A stretch of 20,000 nucleotides of DNA. Source: an uncultured virus (IMG/VR IMGVR_UViG_3300025751_000004) (lineage: Duplodnaviria; Heunggongvirae; Uroviricota; Caudoviricetes). Positions 16,776 through 20,000 of this stretch are shown here, in pieces. A model generated the notes under the pieces. That model worked only from the letters and a program-made list of their open reading frames with translations, was not told the DNA's origin and did not search any database. The first letter of the stretch is position 1; each line of letters begins with the position of its first letter. The stretch lies in the IMG/VR virus record IMGVR_UViG_3300025751_000004; one strand, 5' to 3'. A program made the translations under genes and the position numbers.

Positions 16776-19700
16776 CTACCCTCCTAGTATACGCAATAAT
16801 GCGTCTGTTTCATCTTCTACCATACCACCCGATAAAAAACCAGTGGCTTGTCTTCTTGTATCATATGGAGAAACAAATAAACTTTCCTGAGTAGGAGTAG
16901 CAAATATACTCTCACCACCAATGTCATACATGTATTTAAGTTGGAATGGGTCAGGCGGCGTGACTTTTACTCCACGCGCTGCGGCTGCTAATTGCATAAG
17001 CCCCTGTTGCTGCTGCTGTCTTTTTGCCGCCTCTTGTTGTGCTTGCTGCGTATTTATTAAGGTGTTTAGCTGTGTGTTTAGATTAGTGTTTAACTCAGTA
17101 TTCAGCGCTGTCTGAGCGTCTATCTGGCTTTGCAGGTCTTGTATGGTTTGTTGCTGGGTATCAATCGTACCATATAACCCCGTAGCAGGCGTAAACATAG
17201 AAGTATCTGCAAGCTGCACATCTTGTCCTGCAAAGGCTTGTTGTAGCAAATTAAGATCAGCGTCATTTACGATACCATCTCCGGTGACATCGTATTGCTG
17301 TATTTGCAACTCGCTCAAAACCTGATCTTGTGCGATGGTATCTGCTACGAAATCAATATCTACTTGCGTGACATTCTGTGCAGGCTTGCCGATAATATTT
17401 GCAATTTCATTTGATAGTGCGCCCAAACCTTCATCTATACTGGCGTATATACCTGTGGCTGCAGTGTCATCGGTAGCAGGACCACCAATAATAGCGAGAA
17501 GATCGTCTTTTGTAGTGCCAATAGTATTTAACAGGTTTGTCTCTGTAGTTCCTAACGCGGTAGATACATCACCAATAGCAAGAGAAAGTGCTTCGTCACG
17601 CTCTACACCCGCATTTTCATATTGTTTTATTGTAGCAAACAAACCTGTTGGGTCTTGGCTCTCGTCTACATCTAGTGTGTTGGGGTCATCAAGTACCTCG
17701 GGTGTCCCTAATATACCTGCAAGACCACTAATATCCTCACCAAGAGAAGTTTCTACAGCACCAATAGCTTTTTCTAAGTCAGTCTTTGTAGTACCTAAAT
17801 TATCAGCAACTGCTTGTATTGCGTCATCTCGTGTAGACCCGCTTGCTACAAGGTCAGCAATATCTGCAAATATACCCGTAGCTTCAGCATCATCAGTAGC
17901 GGGTGTGCCAAGCTCTGTACCGATAACACTAGTTATTTGTTCGGTAACATCTATATTTGCAATCGCTGTTTCTAGGGCAGTTTTTGTAGTACCTAAATTA
18001 TCAGCAATTGTTTGTATTGCTTCATCTCGTGTAGATCCGCTTGCTACAAGGTCAGCAATATCTGCAAATATACCTGTAGGATCTTGGGTTTCATCCACAT
18101 CTAACGTGTCAGGATCATCTTCAACTGCAGGCGTGCCTATAACATCTGCAAGGTCGCCAATATCCTCACCAAGAGAAGTTTCTACATCACCAATAGCTTT
18201 TTCTAAATCTTCTTTGGTAGTCCCTAACTGTTTTAATACTTCGGCTTCTGTAAGGCCAAGATTAGTAGATAGCGCATCAATTGCTTCTTGGAGTGCAGCG
18301 TCTTTTGCGGAGCCTTCTTCAATTGCTTTGTATATACCCGTAGCTTCTTTGGATTCATCTTCAGGTGTATTTGGATCGTCCGCAACCGAGGGTGACCCTA
18401 TGGTTTTAGACATTAGGTTATACGTAGCGGTCGGTAGATAACTTTCTAATTTAGCGCGTTGGAATGCTTCAAAGCCTGCAGGATCATAGTCTTCGGATTC
18501 AGGATCGAACTGCCCAACAAACCTATCCACATCCTCCTGTGCTACATCTACAAGACCTAACTCTTCATAGGCTGCGCGAGCCTCACTTGCGCTAAAGAAT
18601 CGTGGGTCTACATATTCATTAATTGCTGCTTTTTGCGCGACTTGGTAGTTTTCGTCGTTTAGCTGCCCTGTAAATTGTTCAATGTCTGATTGTGAGGGTT
18701 GATACCCAATAGCACTTAAAAATTCTTCTGCCTCTACTGCAGTAACTTGTCTTGGGTCTACGTATGCACCAATAGCACTGGTTTGTGTTTCTTCTGTTTT
18801 AGACGCTACAAACTGCGCTATCTCTTCTGGCGTTGCGCTATACCCTGTATTTGCAAAAAATTCTGTAGCTTCTTCTAAGGTGGTCGCTAATGGATCATAT
18901 TCTGCACGCGCTGCCGATAGTTTTTCGGTTTGGTAGTTTGCGGCTACGCCTTGACCTACATATGTAGCTGCTAAAGCATCGGTTAGTGTAAGCCCTTCTT
19001 CAGCAGCAATCGCCTGTACTTCTGCAAGGGTAACCTGACGTGGGTCTACATAAGATGCAATAGCTGCAGCTTGTTCTGTTTCAGGTACTTGAGCGACAAA
19101 CTCTGCAATTTCTTCGTCGGTTGCCTCATAACCTAAATTGGCAAAGAACTGACGCGCTTCTTCGTCTGTAACTTGACGTGGATCAACGAACTGTCCAACC
19201 GCTGTTTCTTGCGCGGCTTGATCTAGTTGTCCAACAAACTGTGCAACCTGCTCATCGGTAGGCGTAAAGCCCAGTGCATCAAATGCGGCACGAACTTCTG
19301 CTTCTGTGGTTTGACGCGGGTCAACGAACTGTCTAACCGCTGTTTCTTGCGCGGCTTGATCTAGTTGTCCAACAAACTGTGCAACCTCTTCATCGGTGGG
19401 TGTAAACCCTGCAGCTTCAAATGCTGAACGAACTTCTGCTTCTGTGGTTTGACGTGGATCAACGAACTGTCCAACCGCTGTTTCCTGTGCAGCTTGATCT
19501 AGTTGTCCAACAAACTGTGCAACCTGCTCATCGGTGGGTGTAAAGCCCAGTGCAGCAAATGCTGAACGAACTTCTGCTTCTGTGGTCTGACGCGGATCAA
19601 CGAACTGTCTAACCGCTGTTTCCTGTGCAGCTTGATCTAGTTGTCCAACAAACTGTGCAACCTCTTCATCGGTGGGTGTAAACCCTGCAGCTTCAAATGC

Positions 19701-20000
19701 TGAACGAACTTCTGCTTCTGTGGTTTGACGCGGGTCAACGAACTGTCCAACCGCTGTTTCTTGCGCGGCTTGATCTAGTTGTCCAACAAACTGTGCAACC
19801 TGCTCATCGGTGGGTGTAAAGCCCAGTGCAGCAAATGCTGAACGAACTTCTGCTTCTGTGGTTTGACGCGGGTCAACGAACTGTCTAACCGCTGTTTCTT
19901 GCGCGGCTTGATCTAGTTGTCCAACAAACTGTGCAACCTCTTCATCGGTGGGTGTAAACCCTGCAGCTTCAAATGCTGAACGAACTTCTGCTTCTGTGGT
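16776..20000 (-). CDS. Large acidic repeat protein (at least 1074 aa, N-terminus outside window), probably virion-associated
   Basis: Manual translation shows no stop between 18530 and 20000 in the frame of the 584-aa ORF (TTEAEVRSAF...QEDVDRFVGQFDPE), so the GTG at 18530 is internal. Contains two repeat families and a dockerin/EF-hand-like loop. Confidence 0.88.
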   Translation of the reverse strand, partial: TTEAEVRSAFEAAGFTPTDEEVAQFVGQLDQAAQETAVRQFVDPRQTTEAEVRSAFAALGFTPTDEQVAQFVGQLDQAAQETAVGQFVDPRQTTEAEVRSAFEAAGFTPTDEEVAQFVGQLDQAAQETAVRQFVDPRQTTEAEVRSAFAALGFTPTDEQVAQFVGQLDQAAQETAVGQFVDPRQTTEAEVRSAFEAAGFTPTDEEVAQFVGQLDQAAQETAVRQFVDPRQTTEAEVRAAFDALGFTPTDEQVAQFVGQLDQAAQETAVGQFVDPRQVTDEEARQFFANLGYEATDEEIAEFVAQVPETEQAAAIASYVDPRQVTLAEVQAIAAEEGLTLTDALAATYVGQGVAANYQTEKLSAARAEYDPLATTLEEATEFFANTGYSATPEEIAQFVASKTEETQTSAIGAYVDPRQVTAVEAEEFLSAIGYQPSQSDIEQFTGQLNDENYQVAQKAAINEYVDPRFFSASEARAAYEELGLVDVAQEDVDRFVGQFDPESEDYDPAGFEAFQRAKLESYLPTATYNLMSKTIGSPSVADDPNTPEDESKEATGIYKAIEEGSAKDAALQEAIDALSTNLGLTEAEVLKQLGTTKEDLEKAIGDVETSLGEDIGDLADVIGTPAVEDDPDTLDVDETQDPTGIFADIADLVASGSTRDEAIQTIADNLGTTKTALETAIANIDVTEQITSVIGTELGTPATDDAEATGIFADIADLVASGSTRDDAIQAVADNLGTTKTDLEKAIGAVETSLGEDISGLAGILGTPEVLDDPNTLDVDESQDPTGLFATIKQYENAGVERDEALSLAIGDVSTALGTTETNLLNTIGTTKDDLLAIIGGPATDDTAATGIYASIDEGLGALSNEIANIIGKPAQNVTQVDIDFVADTIAQDQVLSELQIQQYDVTGDGIVNDADLNLLQQAFAGQDVQLADTSMFTPATGLYGTIDTQQQTIQDLQSQIDAQTALNTELNTNLNTQLNTLINTQQAQQEAAKRQQQQQGLMQLAAAARGVKVTPPDPFQLKYMYDIGGESIFATPTQESLFVSPYDTRRQATGFLSGGMVEDETDALLRILGG
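17440..18400 (-). repeat. Degenerate intragenic repeat G(T/S)P..DD(P.T...DE....)TG(I/L)(F/Y)A.I...LGTT, about 5 copies
   Basis: Visible in translation; near-identical DNA blocks at 17785-17876/17983-18074 (offset 198) and 17730-17777/18159-18206 (offset 429). Confidence 0.85.
18500..19172 (-). repeat. Diverged copies of the 46-aa DPRQ repeat (46, 50, 46, 50 aa, plus a partial fifth)
   Basis: Translated units VTDEEARQFFANLGY...YVDPRQ, VTLAEVQ...EYDPLA, TTLEEATEFFANTGY...YVDPRQ, VTAVEAEEFLSAIGY...YVDPRF, then FSASEARAAYEELG...FVGQFDP. Confidence 0.85.
19173..20000 (-). repeat. Near-perfect coding tandem repeat, 138-bp (46-aa) unit, six copies in window, alternating A/B (276-bp higher-order unit)
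   Basis: GCTGTTTC recurs at 19201, 19339, 19477, 19615, 19753 and 19891. Unit: TTEAEVRSAF(E/A)A(A/L)GFTPTDE(E/Q)VAQFVGQLDQAAQETAV(R/G)QFVDPRQ. Confidence 0.97.

Noticed and set aside
17730..18206. Diversity-generating retroelement TR/VR pair
   Set aside because: Both copies are in-frame within one CDS, the differences are few and not clearly adenine-specific, and no reverse transcriptase is in the window.
17335..18441. 368-aa plus-strand ORF
   Set aside because: It is an antisense shadow of the repeat protein, explained by codon bias and repeats.
16776..18530. 584-aa ORF starting at 18530 as given in the ORF track
   Set aside because: The frame stays open to 20000 and the repeat continues across 18530, so this GTG is an internal Val codon.
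19173..20000. CRISPR array or non-coding repeat array
   Set aside because: The units are contiguous 138-bp repeats with no unique spacers, a multiple of 3, and read as an open frame on the minus strand.

Overview
This is a 20-kb fragment of a tailed dsDNA bacteriophage genome with two convergent modules; no integrase, CRISPR array, tRNA or rRNA was seen. The + strand (1-6804) is a replication module: 5'-truncated Cas4-like PD-(D/E)XK nuclease, degenerate HNH-like basic protein, SNF2 helicase, coiled-coil protein, HTH DNA-binding protein, SSB, a fused AEP primase/DUF927-type helicase and a small ORF. The - strand (6884-20000) is a virion/ejection module: a 2106-aa polyvalent protein (ART-like, HExxH metallopeptidase and PLxRFG-like segments), 680-, 278- and 221-aa proteins, and an acidic repeat protein of at least 1074 aa that runs off the window end. 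The ORF track truncates this last gene at 18530. A CTTGAC-N17-CTAAAT promoter hints at an alphaproteobacterial host. The most notable observation is a ~70-nt candidate small RNA at the junction of the modules (6817-6885). Its UUGUUCUCCUCCC segment is complementary to the ribosome-binding regions of four replication genes, in three cases extending beyond the Shine-Dalgarno core. All domain calls are by-eye motif recognition; no database searches were run.
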